DNA of 36,921 nucleotides from Toensbergia leucococca (Eukaryota), in contig JALDZS010000217.1 in NCBI GenBank assembly GCA_022813965.1, forward strand, positions 1 to 36,921, read 5' to 3'. Below the pieces are notes generated by a model. That model was not told the DNA's origin. It was given only the letters and a program-made list of their open reading frames with translations, and made no database searches. Below are positions 25,055 through 36,498 of this stretch, piece by piece (the stretch's first letter is position 1; each line of letters begins with the position of its first letter). Position numbers and translations under genes: made by a program.

Positions 25055-26219
25055 TCAAATCTGAGAGCCGTCCATCGTCTCAAATTGTCCCGTATCGTTA
25101 TTACAAGACATGGTCGAGTTAGGTCGCTGCAAGACTCCTAGCTTCAATTGAGGGGATTCGTACATGATACCGCTGGCCGAGTTGCAGCATGCAATCGACA
25201 CGTAGGTGCAATTGCACGGGCATGCAACGTCGGTCATATTCCCCAGACCCGTACTCTGAACGAAAATAGTTGAGTTAGCTAGAGCTGCTGACTCAGGGAA
25301 GATTCCGCTCAATCTTCGCCTGCTACCAGGCAAGAAATATGGTATCTTGCACACTCCCGTATAATCACCACTTCCAGGTCCCTGCCACATCTCTGCCAGA
25401 CACTTGCAACCATCGTTGCCACTGCAACTACTGGCAGGGCCCGAGCACGGTTGACCACACGTGAGGTCTAGATTTCGAGCCTGGGGCTCATCAGTTGCTA
25501 ATTGTCCAGTAAACGGATCCGGATTCGGCCCGTCAATAGTGGCCTCTCCGATCCCGACGACAATGTTGCCTCTGGATTGAACCGTCTGGACTTGTAGGTC
25601 GTAGGGGGAGCCAGGTGCATACACCACAAGAAGGAGATTGTTGTGATCGCCTTCCTAGAGGCATCAGGATGGTGCTCGGAACAGTTGCAACCGGTTAAAC
25701 TCACCTACGAAATCGTGTCCACCTACTTGAGGAGCTCTCAAGACGTCATTAGGATCCATGACACAAGTCCAAACGAGCTCTCTGCCTGTTGCTGCGACTA
25801 TGTTGTAGCGCGCGGTATCATATGTGATCCTCTCGTTCCGAAACAGAATAGGGAGCAAAGCTACTTTGCAGAAGGCTTGTACCAGGGTTCAATATCGAAG
25901 ATTTTGATATGGTAAGATTAAGAGGGCCATACTTACGATTCTCCCAAATAAGTGGAATGGCTACTCTTTGCCTCCATTGGTTGGGGTTGACGTCTGATGG
26001 CTTTCGACTCATGGGAAGTAGTGCAAAGAGGTGATCCGCTCGATCGGTGATGGGAATACCCTGTTGACTTGATGCATGACGATTGAGGATTAGATTACAC
26101 CATACTGCCATCGGCTCGCCATAAAGATGGCTGCAGAACGCAGTTGCAGAAGCGGACAAGACGGAGGCGAGGACTAAAAGACATATCCCCATGAGGTGCG
26201 AGAAAAGCCAAGCTATCAT
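25055..26219 (-). CDS. Secreted cysteine-rich protein of unknown function, 3 exons
   Basis: Signal-peptide-like N-terminus (MGICLLVLASVLSASATA); GTAAGT and GTGAGT donors link the ORF pieces; C-terminal Cys modules CGQPC..C..CKC..C and CPCNCTYVSIACC. Confidence 0.72.
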
Positions 26220-27709
26220 CTTGTACGATGAACGTCTTCTCACCGAAGCCTACACTTGAAGGGATTGAACGCGACAGAGTGCGTGGATCATATGAAGCAA
26301 TAAACATGACATGCTTAGATAGATGATTGTGATACCACTATTTCCGCAATGCGATTAAGGCGACATGCGATAAGATCACTGTAAGCGGAACGTATAAGAA
26401 GATAAGAAGCACATTGGATTTCCAAGTGTGAGAAAGATTTTCATACAGGATGTTATCAGTTTTTGGTCCATACAAATTGCCATAATGTTTAGGATGAGGC
26501 GGAAAGAAAGCTCAAAACCACAATGTGTCATATCCGCTGCTCCTCTTTCTTTATCAAATGAGGGTTTCAGCTGTTCGGGAGGATATTGGGGAATTTGAAA
26601 TCGCATTATTCCATTGAGAACAGTAATCTCAACTACAGTTCTTGTTCAACGGAAGGAAGCCAGTAGATGTCCGAGGTAGCGATATACGACGGATGGCATA
26701 CCGCATGCCTTTCCGCGTGTCCTTTCGCTAGTCCTGCACGGTGATATTATACTGGTTCTGACCTCGAGCTCTTTTGAAACGGTATTGATCATGCCAAAGC
26801 ACTGTCTCCAGAGTCTTGGTGTCAGGGTGTTGGTGGAAGGATCAAGCTCATATCAGACTCAACGGTCACAGTACAACCCAATGCCTTCAGCTGTTCGGTT
26901 CAGAGATGAATACAATCCAGATGAGAGGGTGCTCCAACCGTTGTAGTCTTGTGGTAAGAGAGCAGGGAGGAGAGGTAAGTGATCACTTGACAGACTTGGC
27001 TTGACTTGGTGGAAGAACAGCCATGACGCTAGATCATTTAGAATACAGCATGAACTAAGGTATTGTAAACCCGTAATGTAAACCCGTAAGATCATGACTA
27101 AGGTAAAGATGTGGACGGTAAATGGGAAGTGGCAAATGGGAAATGGGAAATGGAAATTGGGATGAGGAATATTGGTGGCGTCGATGCGCTAGTAGGGTAT
27201 GTGCGGGGTGGCTTTTACGGGACCTCGGACCAAGGCTCAATGGCTATTCTAAGGTAAGGCATGAGCTCTTCGATTCGTACAGATATCCTGAGACTACTGG
27301 AATCTCACTCGTTACTCACGAGTCTGATCATGAGTACGAGGAATGCGACCAACAGCCTGCAGTAATATCATAGCTTGCTAGCCAGAATCATCATTGAAAA
27401 ATCCGAGCAGATCCGAGCCTGATGGCACTGTTCATGACGCATCTTAGATTTGAGGGGGAGTGGGGGTTGGGCCTCAAGCCTTCACTCTTGCCCCGCTCCG
27501 CTATTTCCGTTTCTTCATCGACCTATCTAGGTATGACCAAGACCGAAGTATCTGTTCGTAAGGTACCGCATACTGGTATAGTAATCAAGGACCTATAACA
27601 ACATATATTCCTCCGAGCCACCCACTCTTCTTCATCCTCCCACTATTCGTCCTTTCAATACAGCAATCTTCCTCCATTGAATCTTATCTGACAGGAAACC
27701 TTCGCCAAA

Positions 27710-29398
27710 ATGGGCTCTACCGCACCTGAAAGTCCCGAGACTAGGCTGTTCATCAACAACGAGGTATTCTCTCCCACTGCCTTGCTTGAGCCTGCCTAAT
27801 CGATCCTCTCCTTCTACAGTATGTAAATGCCCAATCCGGTGAATCTTTCGCTATTCATAACCCATACAATGACGATGTCGTCGCCGAAAAAGTCCAAGTC
27901 GCAGGAAAGGCCGATGTCGATGCTGCTGTCAAGGCTGCAAGGGCTGCCTTTAAAGGCCCATGGGCTTCATTGGCCGGCCCGCAACGTGCTGCAATGATGC
28001 TCAAGTTTGCGGATCTCCTCGATCAGAACGCCGAAAAGCTCTCTACCTTGGAAACGCTATCCATGGGTCAACCAGCGGCAGCGGCAACCCGCATAATTGC
28101 CATCACATCTCAAGCCTTCCGATACTATGCCGGCTACGCAGACAAGCTTCAAGGCGAATCATACCCGGCAGAGAATGGCACATATACCATTGTGTCATAT
28201 CATCCCCTGGGTGTCTGCGTTGGTCTGGCTTCCTGGAACGCAACAATCTTATACACAGGTTGGAAAATCGCCCCTGCACTGGCATCAGGCAATGTTTGCA
28301 TATTCAAAGCTTCGGAGAAATCTCCATTAGGAGCCTTGGCACTAGGAAAGCTGGTCATCGAAGCTGGCTTTCCTCCTGGTGTTGTACAATTTCTGACGGG
28401 CGCGGGTGCTTTGGGAGAATTGCTATCATCCCACATGGACGTCAATAAAGTTTCCTTCACGGGCTCTGCTGCCACCGGACGCAAGGTCCAACAAGCTGCA
28501 TCGAAGAGCAACATGAAGCGAGTGACTCTCGAACTAGGAGGCAAATCTCCCGCCTTGATTTTCGATGATGCGAATATAGAGAACGCGTTGAACTTGTATG
28601 CTGATCTGCTTTCGAGTATGCGATGAATGCTAATAATCATGCCCCAGCGCCTCCGATGGCTTCCTCTTCAACTCGGGTCAAGTCTGCGTCGCTGCAAGTC
28701 GGACCTATCTTCAAGAAGGCATCGCCCCCAAATTCATTGAAGCACTCAAAGAACGCTTTGAAGCTGCCAGTGCCGCCATGGGTTCCAATCCTCGTGAAGA
28801 ATCGACTAAACTCGGCCCCCTAGCGGATAAATTGCAATTCGACAGAGTTATGGGCTATATTTCCCAGGGTAAGAAAGACGCCCAACTTATTACTGGTGGG
28901 TCTCGCAAAGGAGACAAGGGTTACTTTGTTCAACCTACCATCTTCATGAATGCCAGTCCAAACAGCTCAATCTACAAGGAAGAAATATTCGGCCCGGTGT
29001 TGATGGTCAAGACATTCAAGACCGAGGAAGAGGCTATTGAGCTTGCCAATGATACGAGTTATGGGCTGTCCTGTAAGATTCACCTCCTTCGAAACCCACC
29101 GCTGCATGCTAAATTTTCTCTGCGCTAGCTTGTATCTACACGTCGGATGTTGCCCGCGCTCTCCGAGTTTCAGCACAACTTGAAGCAGGCACGGTGGGTG
29201 TCAATAGTTCGTTTTTTCCCACAATCAGGGCTCCTTTTGGTGGTAGCAAGCAGAGTGGCACAGGGCGAGAGCTTGGAAAGGCTGGAATCGAGGCCTTTAT
29301 GGAGTCTAAAACTATCAATATCAAGTAAGTTTTTCTGATGTTGTTGAGAAAGAGAATTGGTTTCGGGAACTGATTGTTGCTCTAGCTTGAACGCTTGA
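27710..29398 (+). CDS. NAD(P)-dependent aldehyde dehydrogenase, 5 exons
   Basis: LFINNEY, SWN, KASEKSP, FTGS, catalytic Glu in LELGGKSP, catalytic Cys in NSGQVC, EEIFGP, PFGGSKQSG.GRE. Confidence 0.95.
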
Positions 29399-30111
29399 GT
29401 GAGCTCCTAATCTTAAGTAGTCAATCTTCTCATCTTCTGTCAACCACCATACGCTTGACGGCTTCATATCACGGCCCTTTGTACTCGTAGCTCTTGCAGT
29501 AGACTAAAATGAATCTGAAAAGTACAAAAAATTCAAATCGTGATAGTGAATTCTTTGATCTATCCTGCTCACGATCTGATTTGGAAGCAATATGATATGG
29601 CTAAAGCTAAGCAAATCGAAACCGAGCAAAAGAGATGCTGGCTGATAAACGGATATCATTCGAAATACAACAAAGCTCATGAATGGTCATTTGGAGGGTC
29701 AGGGATGTGGAGCGTCTCGATGCACGGTGTTGATAATTAGATGGGGTCAGACTTACTCAACAACAATTCAAGGGTCATGTATTCTACCAGTATGATGGGT
29801 AGTAGAGAAATTGGGACAGTTCTTTAGATTTACGAGGATGGAAGGAGGAAAGAGACGTCGGTGACACGATAGGACTAAGGGCACACGAGCAAGCGGATAA
29901 TCTAGTCCCGAGCTCCCGCCCCACCGAACGATAGAATAAAATAACGACGTCATTCCTCGTCAGATCATAAACCAGATCCAGCATTGCCATCTGCATCAAT
30001 TGCAACAATCCCCGTACGACGCAGTACTTTCACTCCCTCTCACTCGTTGTCTAGCTATTCGCAACTACATTCCAGGTAGCTGAGGATCATATACTCTGAT
30101 CCGAGGCGGCA

Positions 30112-31177
30112 ATGAAGATTCTCACCAAGGAGGAGGAACAAGCTCACTACAAGTCCGACCCCAATTGTCTCTTTCATCCTGACATCTTACTGACCAGCAA
30201 AGTGCGACGCTGAAAGGAGGTATAGGCGGTGGCCTAGCCGGTGTTGCCGTTGGCTTCGTTGGAGTCTTTGCAGCCACGCAACGATATCCTGCCTTTCGAT
30301 CTCTTACCTTACCCTTGAAAGCTTTCCTCGTTACATCAACCGGAACATTTGCTGGTATGAATAAATTTTAGCATCTGAAATGGGCATTGGACGGAGAGAA
30401 CGACGTCCCGTCGCCCGAGGAACCATACAGGTCTTCGTGGGCTTAGTCTTCGAATGCTCAATGGCACCTTTCTAGCGAGATCAATATCACCGCTAACATC
30501 ATCGCTGCCACACAGCTATCGTCTCCGCAGACAAGTACTCACGCGCGTTTGAAGCAGCTCGCCATCCCGAAGATCAATACGAAGACAAAGCCGAACAGAC
30601 TCGTCAACAGATCAAAGCCGGTAAAACTCAATTCGAGCTCTTGAAAGACTGGGGCCGAGAAAATAGATACCCAATTGTTGGGGCCTCATGGGTCGCCTCG
30701 ATGGGAATAGCCCTCGCTCTTGTCGGTCGAAACCCTTACCTCTCTGGCGCACAAAAGTTAGTGCAGGCGCGTGTTTACGCACAAGGGTTAACGCTAGCGG
30801 TACTGGTAGCGACGGCGGCCTTTGAGATTGGAGATGCCAATGAAGGGCAAGGCAGGTGGGAGACAGTAAAGATTGTTGATCCGAATGATCCGACGCATAA
30901 GCACATGATTGAGAAGAGGATCCATCACGAGAAATACGCAGGAGAGGATCAATGGAGAGGTCAGTTGACTCAGAGACATTATTTGACTTGAAGAGCTTCC
31001 GGATTGAGTACTAATTAATTATCAGATATGGTCGAGGCGGAGGAGCAAAAAATCAAAGATCGAGAGGATGCCGTACACAGACAAGAGGAAAAAGACGCCA
31101 AGGCAGGCAAAGTCAAGCCGAAGAAAAAGGAACATGATGAAGAAAAAAAGCCGCAGGTCAAGGGGAATTTTCCTTGA
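30112..31177 (+). CDS. RCF2: Respiratory supercomplex factor 2 homologue (HIG1 domain), 4 exons
   Basis: MKILTKEEEQAHY N-terminus, FRSLTLPLKAFL, ENRYPIVGASW, QKLVQARVYAQGLTL, HHEKYAGEDQW. Confidence 0.88.
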
Positions 31178-32686
31178 TAGATGACCTCTCTGCGTTTGAT
31201 TATGTGGATATTTGATATACGTGGTACGGTAGGAATTTTATACATATTTTGTTTCTTAATGACATTACAGGTCTTCAGTATCAGCTGAAACGAGACTGTC
31301 AACTCTAAATCAACGATCTCTTCAAAGCCTTCAACATGTTTTCTCAAATCTCATGCTCAAAGAATTGTAATCTGACGCTGAATGACAAACAACAATCTTT
31401 ATCTAATCTTCTCTTTTACTAACTCAAAACTAATATCCTAAAAGCTTCCTCTTCTTCTCCTGCTTCTTCTCCTCCTCCTTCTCCTTTACCTCCTCACCGC
31501 CGCCCTTATGAAGGATATGAACCGAGTGACCTTCATAGACAGATCTGGGTAGGCGGCCCGCAACTTGCGGATGATCCCATAAGACGTCCAAATCCAAGAT
31601 GAGCAGACGTTGCACCATACTCGACATCGTTGGAGTCGAAACATACAGATCGAGCTGACATTCGGAACATCAATGCTGGTAGAATTCTTGACGATCCCAG
31701 CAACAGACTGTCCCTAAGACTTTCTGGCCGAAAAGAAGAGCACAATTCGAAACCGAACGTCGATACGAAGCCCCCAATTTGCTTTACCCACCCACTAGTG
31801 AAGAGTTTTCTAGTACCCCTTGATCAAGCCACACTACTGTTCAACGATGCCACAGATATGACGTTCGCGTCAGCACCCACAACGTCGCTCACCTCCTAGG
31901 TCAGTCCGCGCAAGGGTTTGACAAAGCTCCCCTCTGCCGTAAAACCCCACACATATATCAATATTCCCCATCCATACGTCGTCCATCGGCCATCATTCTC
32001 CACGAAAATGATCAACGCTATAGTTGAAGCTGAGACTTATACTGGAAAGGCCATGCTAGTTCTGAAAGCTGAGGAAGTGGGTTATGCGGCGCAAGAGCTG
32101 AGGACCGCTTTTGGGCAGCTTGAAGCCTCCTAATTTGGGACATTCTAAGGTTTGCAAGGGTGGTCTCAAGGTCCCGGAAAGGGGATGAAGATGAGATTTG
32201 ATTTTTCCTACCGAGAGGAATGAAAAATATTCTGAAATGACAACGTGCTTCGAATGATGAGGTCCGCAGCATCACGATCTATATATATCAGCTTACTGAC
32301 TGTCAACACGTCTTTTTCGCCCGATTGGTGATCATCTACCGGCATCAACCCATTCGTTTACCAGGGTTTCGATATGTCAAGTGCTGAAGCAACTACGCTA
32401 TACTATCAACACCAAACCACGTCTTGCGTCGAGAACAACACCTTTTATACAACTCTAGTTGACATTTTAACGTCGACCAACACCTATGGCTGCTCAGCAG
32501 CATCCCTGGGTGCTTATATAGTGTCTTATATTGCTATACTATCAATCGACCTTGGCCTTTAATCTCATACTCCGTCCACAGCTTTACACCCTTCGAAGAT
32601 TATCGCAGGACGAGCAATCAGGCTGCCAGCTTTGAGCCATTAGCGATATACACGAAGTTCCATACAAGCCTTCGGTCATCGATAAA

Positions 32687-33708
32687 ATGAGTGACTCAGG
32701 ATACTCGAGGTAAAATCTAACCCTCCATCCGTTCATCGCAATGCTGACCACATCCAAGTCCTCTGACCACCCCTATCTTCGACATCCTCGCCGGTCCACA
32801 AAGGAAATTATTCAAGGTACACACCGGTTTTCTTCTACAGTCAGACAAACTCCGAGCTCAGATCGAAGGGCCTTGGAGAGATATTAGAGAGCAGAAGCTC
32901 GTCTGGGTGGAATCTGAAGTTGACACCGTGGGGAAGTTCTTGGAATGGTTGTACACTGGTGACTATCAGTGTCCTCACCCTGTACCCATAGATTCCGCGG
33001 AGAAGATCTCAGATGATTTGGCCGTGATTGGAGCATATCCAGCTACGCCCTCGGAAGAAGGAAACGAAGGAGAGGAAGAACAAGAAGAAGCTGCGAGTAG
33101 CGAAGAGGTCCCTTCATCGCCACAGCAGGACGATGAATACCCCTCCCATAGTCAACCCCAATCTGCGCATGGCTTTCTTCCGCCCGTTCAGGAAATCAGT
33201 AAACCGGCTCATGAACCTTAACGAACATCTCAAACTCAAGCCTTTGAGTCATGGGATAAGTGTCGTGCCGAACGCGCCAATAAATACAACTATCTCCCCA
33301 CGCTCCTGATACATGCAAAGCTCTACGCCTTAGCGGACTACATGCTATTCATCGACCTCAAACGATTAGCCTTCCGACACCTTCGCCTGATTCTATTCTC
33401 GATCGGTAAAAGCATCCTCAGTTCCTCCCTTGTCGCGGACTTTTTGGCCTTGTGCAAATATATATATGCCAGCACTAGCCCCTCGGAAACGGAGCCTCTC
33501 AGAAACCTCGTCATGATGTTCGCGGCCCAGGAACATCGAGGCACTCAAGGGAGAGAGCCTCCAGCAGGTTCTGGATGAGGGAGGCGATCTCGCAGCCGAT
33601 CTGATGCGGAAGCTGATGCTGCGTTTGGAGATGGCGGAGGTGGATAAGCAGGCGGCTGAGAAGCAGTGTCAGGAAATGAGGAGGAAGTTGGAGTATCTTG
33701 ACTGGTGA
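32687..33708 (+). pseudogene. BTB/POZ-coiled-coil paralogue 3, disrupted
   Basis: Same 23-nt first exon (intron 32710-32758) and motifs as paralogues 1 and 2; in-frame TAA at 33219-33221; +1 frameshift at ~33525-33531, after which EGGDLAADL resumes in another frame. Confidence 0.8.
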
Positions 33709-34723
33709 TGAATTTTTTTTCCTGTTGAGTCTTTGATGACTGTTTTGGGCCTGGTATTGGGATTGAAATGATGAGAGAGTGAGTTTTGAATTTGAAACGC
33801 GCTTTTAGACCTAAAGACTTTGAGGTTTTTTGTGTGTTTTTTTTGGTGAAGTTGAGGTGAGGGGTTTTTTTTGAGGGTTTTGAGATGTTGTAGCTCCTTC
33901 TTCTTTACTTGAGGATTCTTTCTCTGGTTTTATTGGTTGTTGAAAAAAGGGAAGCCAGTTTTTTTTTGTTTGTTTGATAGGTAGATGGGATGGAGGGGGG
34001 TTGTTGGGCTGGCTGGCACGAAGGGGATTTTTCTTGCGTGCGGTGAACGATGGGAATGGTTTTCATTGTTAGAATTAGAGATGAGAATGGAAGAAAAAAA
34101 GATGAAGAAAGAGTAGAGTAAATGCATTCATATCATCAGTTGAAGAAATTTAAAAAATTAGGTAGCTGAGGAAATATCATTGAAAAACTCACTCCCTTCT
34201 TCACTCAAGGCTTCCCTCCGCTGTGAAACTCACACACAGAAATCTCAACATAACAGCTAACAAAAGCTTTTCTGTCAAAACATTCTTCTCTCACCTCACT
34301 AACATTTTTATTCACTTTGTTTAGGTGTGATTGTGTGTGTTTGATAGTTTGAAGTCATGTTGAGAGTTAAATCATGACTTTTTTGCTTTGAGAGATAAAG
34401 GGAGATTGATTAGTAAGAAAGTTATAAGGGGGAAGGTTGAGATTGAATGACGCAGTTTTGAGGGGCAGAGTTATAAGAGCATCTCATGTTTCTTTTATAT
34501 GAGTCAGATCATTCACACCTACTATCAGCCTTATCTTGTCTGATATTTCTGACACAACAGTCTTTGTCTTTATTATTTAAATAGTTATTTTCTCTATAAA
34601 TCACATCAAATAAGTGATGTTGTCTATTATTTATAAAAGAATAAGATTTTCTGTCATTTTAAATAATCTATTCAGCATTTCTTAAGATGTTTATTTTCTC
34701 TGATATTATTATTAGAGTGATCA

Positions 34724-34905
34724 TGCTATAAATTATCCTGAATCCTTTATATGAGGCACTGTGATACATTGATGAATCAGGCCTAGCGCCTTACTTAGGC
34801 TCACACACACATAGATAGTGAGATTTTCCCCTGTAGCTTAGATTCTTCATTTATCACCATACTAAATATCAGAGACATCAACCTCATAGTGAAATATCTC
34901 TGACA
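34724..34905 (+). mobile_element. Solo LTR, family C
   Basis: TG...TGACA ends; flanked by GATCA/GATTA (a 5-bp TSD with one C>T); inverted homologue at 35924-36106. Confidence 0.75.
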
Positions 34906-35258
34906 GATTATCTGACATCTTCAGCAAAATGAGTTTCTCAATTGCTCTCAGAGTAAGAGTCTCTTCTGTCTTTTTATTAATTGTAGTAATAAATATCTTT
35001 ATCAAGAGCAAGAACTTATTTATCTTATTTTCAATTATAATTCACTGTTTCTCATTTATAAAACAATTAATAACTTTAGTAATAACATCTCTTACAGTAA
35101 CTTCTGTTGTATTATAATCTAGCTGACTCACTAAGTCTTAACATTCAATCTAAAGCATTAGTATACATTGAAGACAGTGACACACAGTTAGACTGCATTG
35201 AGTCTAACACTGTCATCTGAGAGTATTTGTATGTTAGATACCTTATTATCTAAATACT

Positions 35259-35422
35259 TATTACGGTGCTTTTTTAGGGCTAGGGTAGTTAGGTGAGATT
35301 AGGTGAGCCAGCAACCCTAAGTGACTTGACATCACCACGGTATATCTAGTGGCTTCACACCTAGATAGTCAGGCATCTTCTAATTACACCCAGAATTCAG
35401 AATCTCATAAGAGACCCTTACA
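35259..35422 (+). mobile_element. Solo LTR, family B
   Basis: TATTAC (TG>TA)...TTACA ends; perfect ATACT TSD at 35254-35258 and 35423-35427; homologous to 116-236. Confidence 0.8.
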
Positions 35423-35508
35423 ATACTTTTCTTTCTTAGTCTTAGTCTTCTTATTAATTATACTCTCATGACTGAAATCTGAGCCTGATTCTAACATGTT
35501 GCAGATGC

Positions 35509-35733
35509 TGTCAGGAACTGGGCTTAGGCAAGAACAGCACAGCTGTATCAGGGGTTTAGGAACTATGATAAGGCTTGATCTATGTACTGAGTACTATACA
35601 GGACGAAAGACGAAGGAAACAAGAGGAGAACGAGGTTAAAAGGTTATTTAACCTCAGACGAAAAGGAGTACGCTAACGCGTGACTAGGCAGGGTCCAAGG
35701 CCTTGGCAGGCCTCTTGGCCTTGCACCATGACA
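35509..35733 (-). mobile_element. Solo LTR, family A, 225 bp, unmutated
   Basis: TGTCA...TGACA termini; perfect GATGC TSD at 35504-35508 and 35734-35738; identical to 1-115 over the visible overlap. Confidence 0.92.
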
Positions 35734-35777
35734 GATGCAGTCACTATTACAATCAACTGAACTTTTGACTTTGAATC

Positions 35778-35891
35778 TATAAGAATCTCTTATGAGATTA
35801 TGAATTCTGAGTGTAAATAGAAGATGTCTAGCTATCTAGTCATGAAATCACTAGAGATTCTGTGATCTGATGAGTTTAAAGTATCACAATA
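35778..35891 (-). mobile_element. Degenerate family B-related LTR, inverted
   Basis: Reverse complement contains CTAGATAGCTAGACATCTTCTATTTACAC and AATCTCATAAGAGA, shared with 116-236 and 35302-35422; TSD not resolved. Confidence 0.65.
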
Positions 35892-35923
35892 ATCTTTATT
35901 TAATGTAGACTTAAGTTAGTTCT

Positions 35924-36106
35924 GATCAGAGATATTTTACTATAAGATTAATATCTCTGATATTTAGTATGATAATAAGTTGAGAATCTAAGTTACTAAG
36001 ACTAAAATCTTACTATCTATATATGCACAAGCTTAAGTGAGGTGCTAGGTCTAATTTATCAAGGCATTACAGTGCTTATGTATAGAATTCAGAAGAATTT
36101 ATAACA
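35924..36106 (-). mobile_element. Solo LTR, family C, inverted and more mutated
   Basis: Reverse complement aligns with 34724-34905, mostly by transitions; possible TSD GTTCT/GTTTT. Confidence 0.7.
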
Positions 36107-36358
36107 GTTTTATTTATTTATTTAAAGACTAAACTCTATCATATAATACTATTAATAACATATAATATCCTCAAAAATCTTATTCACATAATCTCTTTGC
36201 ACAAGATTAAACTAACATTAAAACAACATTATCTCTTATTTAAATCCCTCCCTCCCTTCTTAGCAAATCTATCATTCACAAAACAAAGACTTTACATCTT
36301 ACACTCTTACACTCACAAACTCTTACAAGCAGTCACAAATAATCAAGTCACTAAGAAG

Positions 36359-36498
36359 TCACAGTGAGTAAATCACAGTGAGTAAATCACAGTGAGTAAA
36401 TCACAGTGAGTAAATCACAGTGAGTAAATCACAGTGAGTAAATCACAGTGAGTAAATCACAGTGAGTAAATCACAGTGAGTAAATCACAGTGAGTAAA
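36359..36498. repeat. Perfect minisatellite (TCACAGTGAGTAAA)10
   Basis: Ten exact 14-bp copies. Confidence 0.97.

Noticed and set aside
27064..27161. 13-bp tandem duplication and AAATGGG-like repeats upstream of ALDH
   Set aside because: Short, imperfect slippage-type repeats with no further structure.
31430..32275. Gene between RCF2 and BTB paralogue 3
   Set aside because: Only short ORFs with stops in all frames and no recognisable motif; it may be an old relic but cannot be supported.
33199..33240. A 42-nt intron rescuing the TAA in BTB paralogue 3
   Set aside because: Weak donor and very short; even if spliced, the frameshift at ~33530 remains.
1..35733. One giant composite transposon or Starship bounded by the terminal repeats
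   Set aside because: The right-hand A and B copies each have their own 5-bp TSD, so they are independent solo LTRs. No tyrosine recombinase or transposase is visible, and the interval includes conserved genes (RCF2, ALDH).
36359..36498. CRISPR array or telomere repeat
   Set aside because: Units are contiguous with no spacers, the context is eukaryotic, the array is internal, and the unit is not TTAGGG-like.
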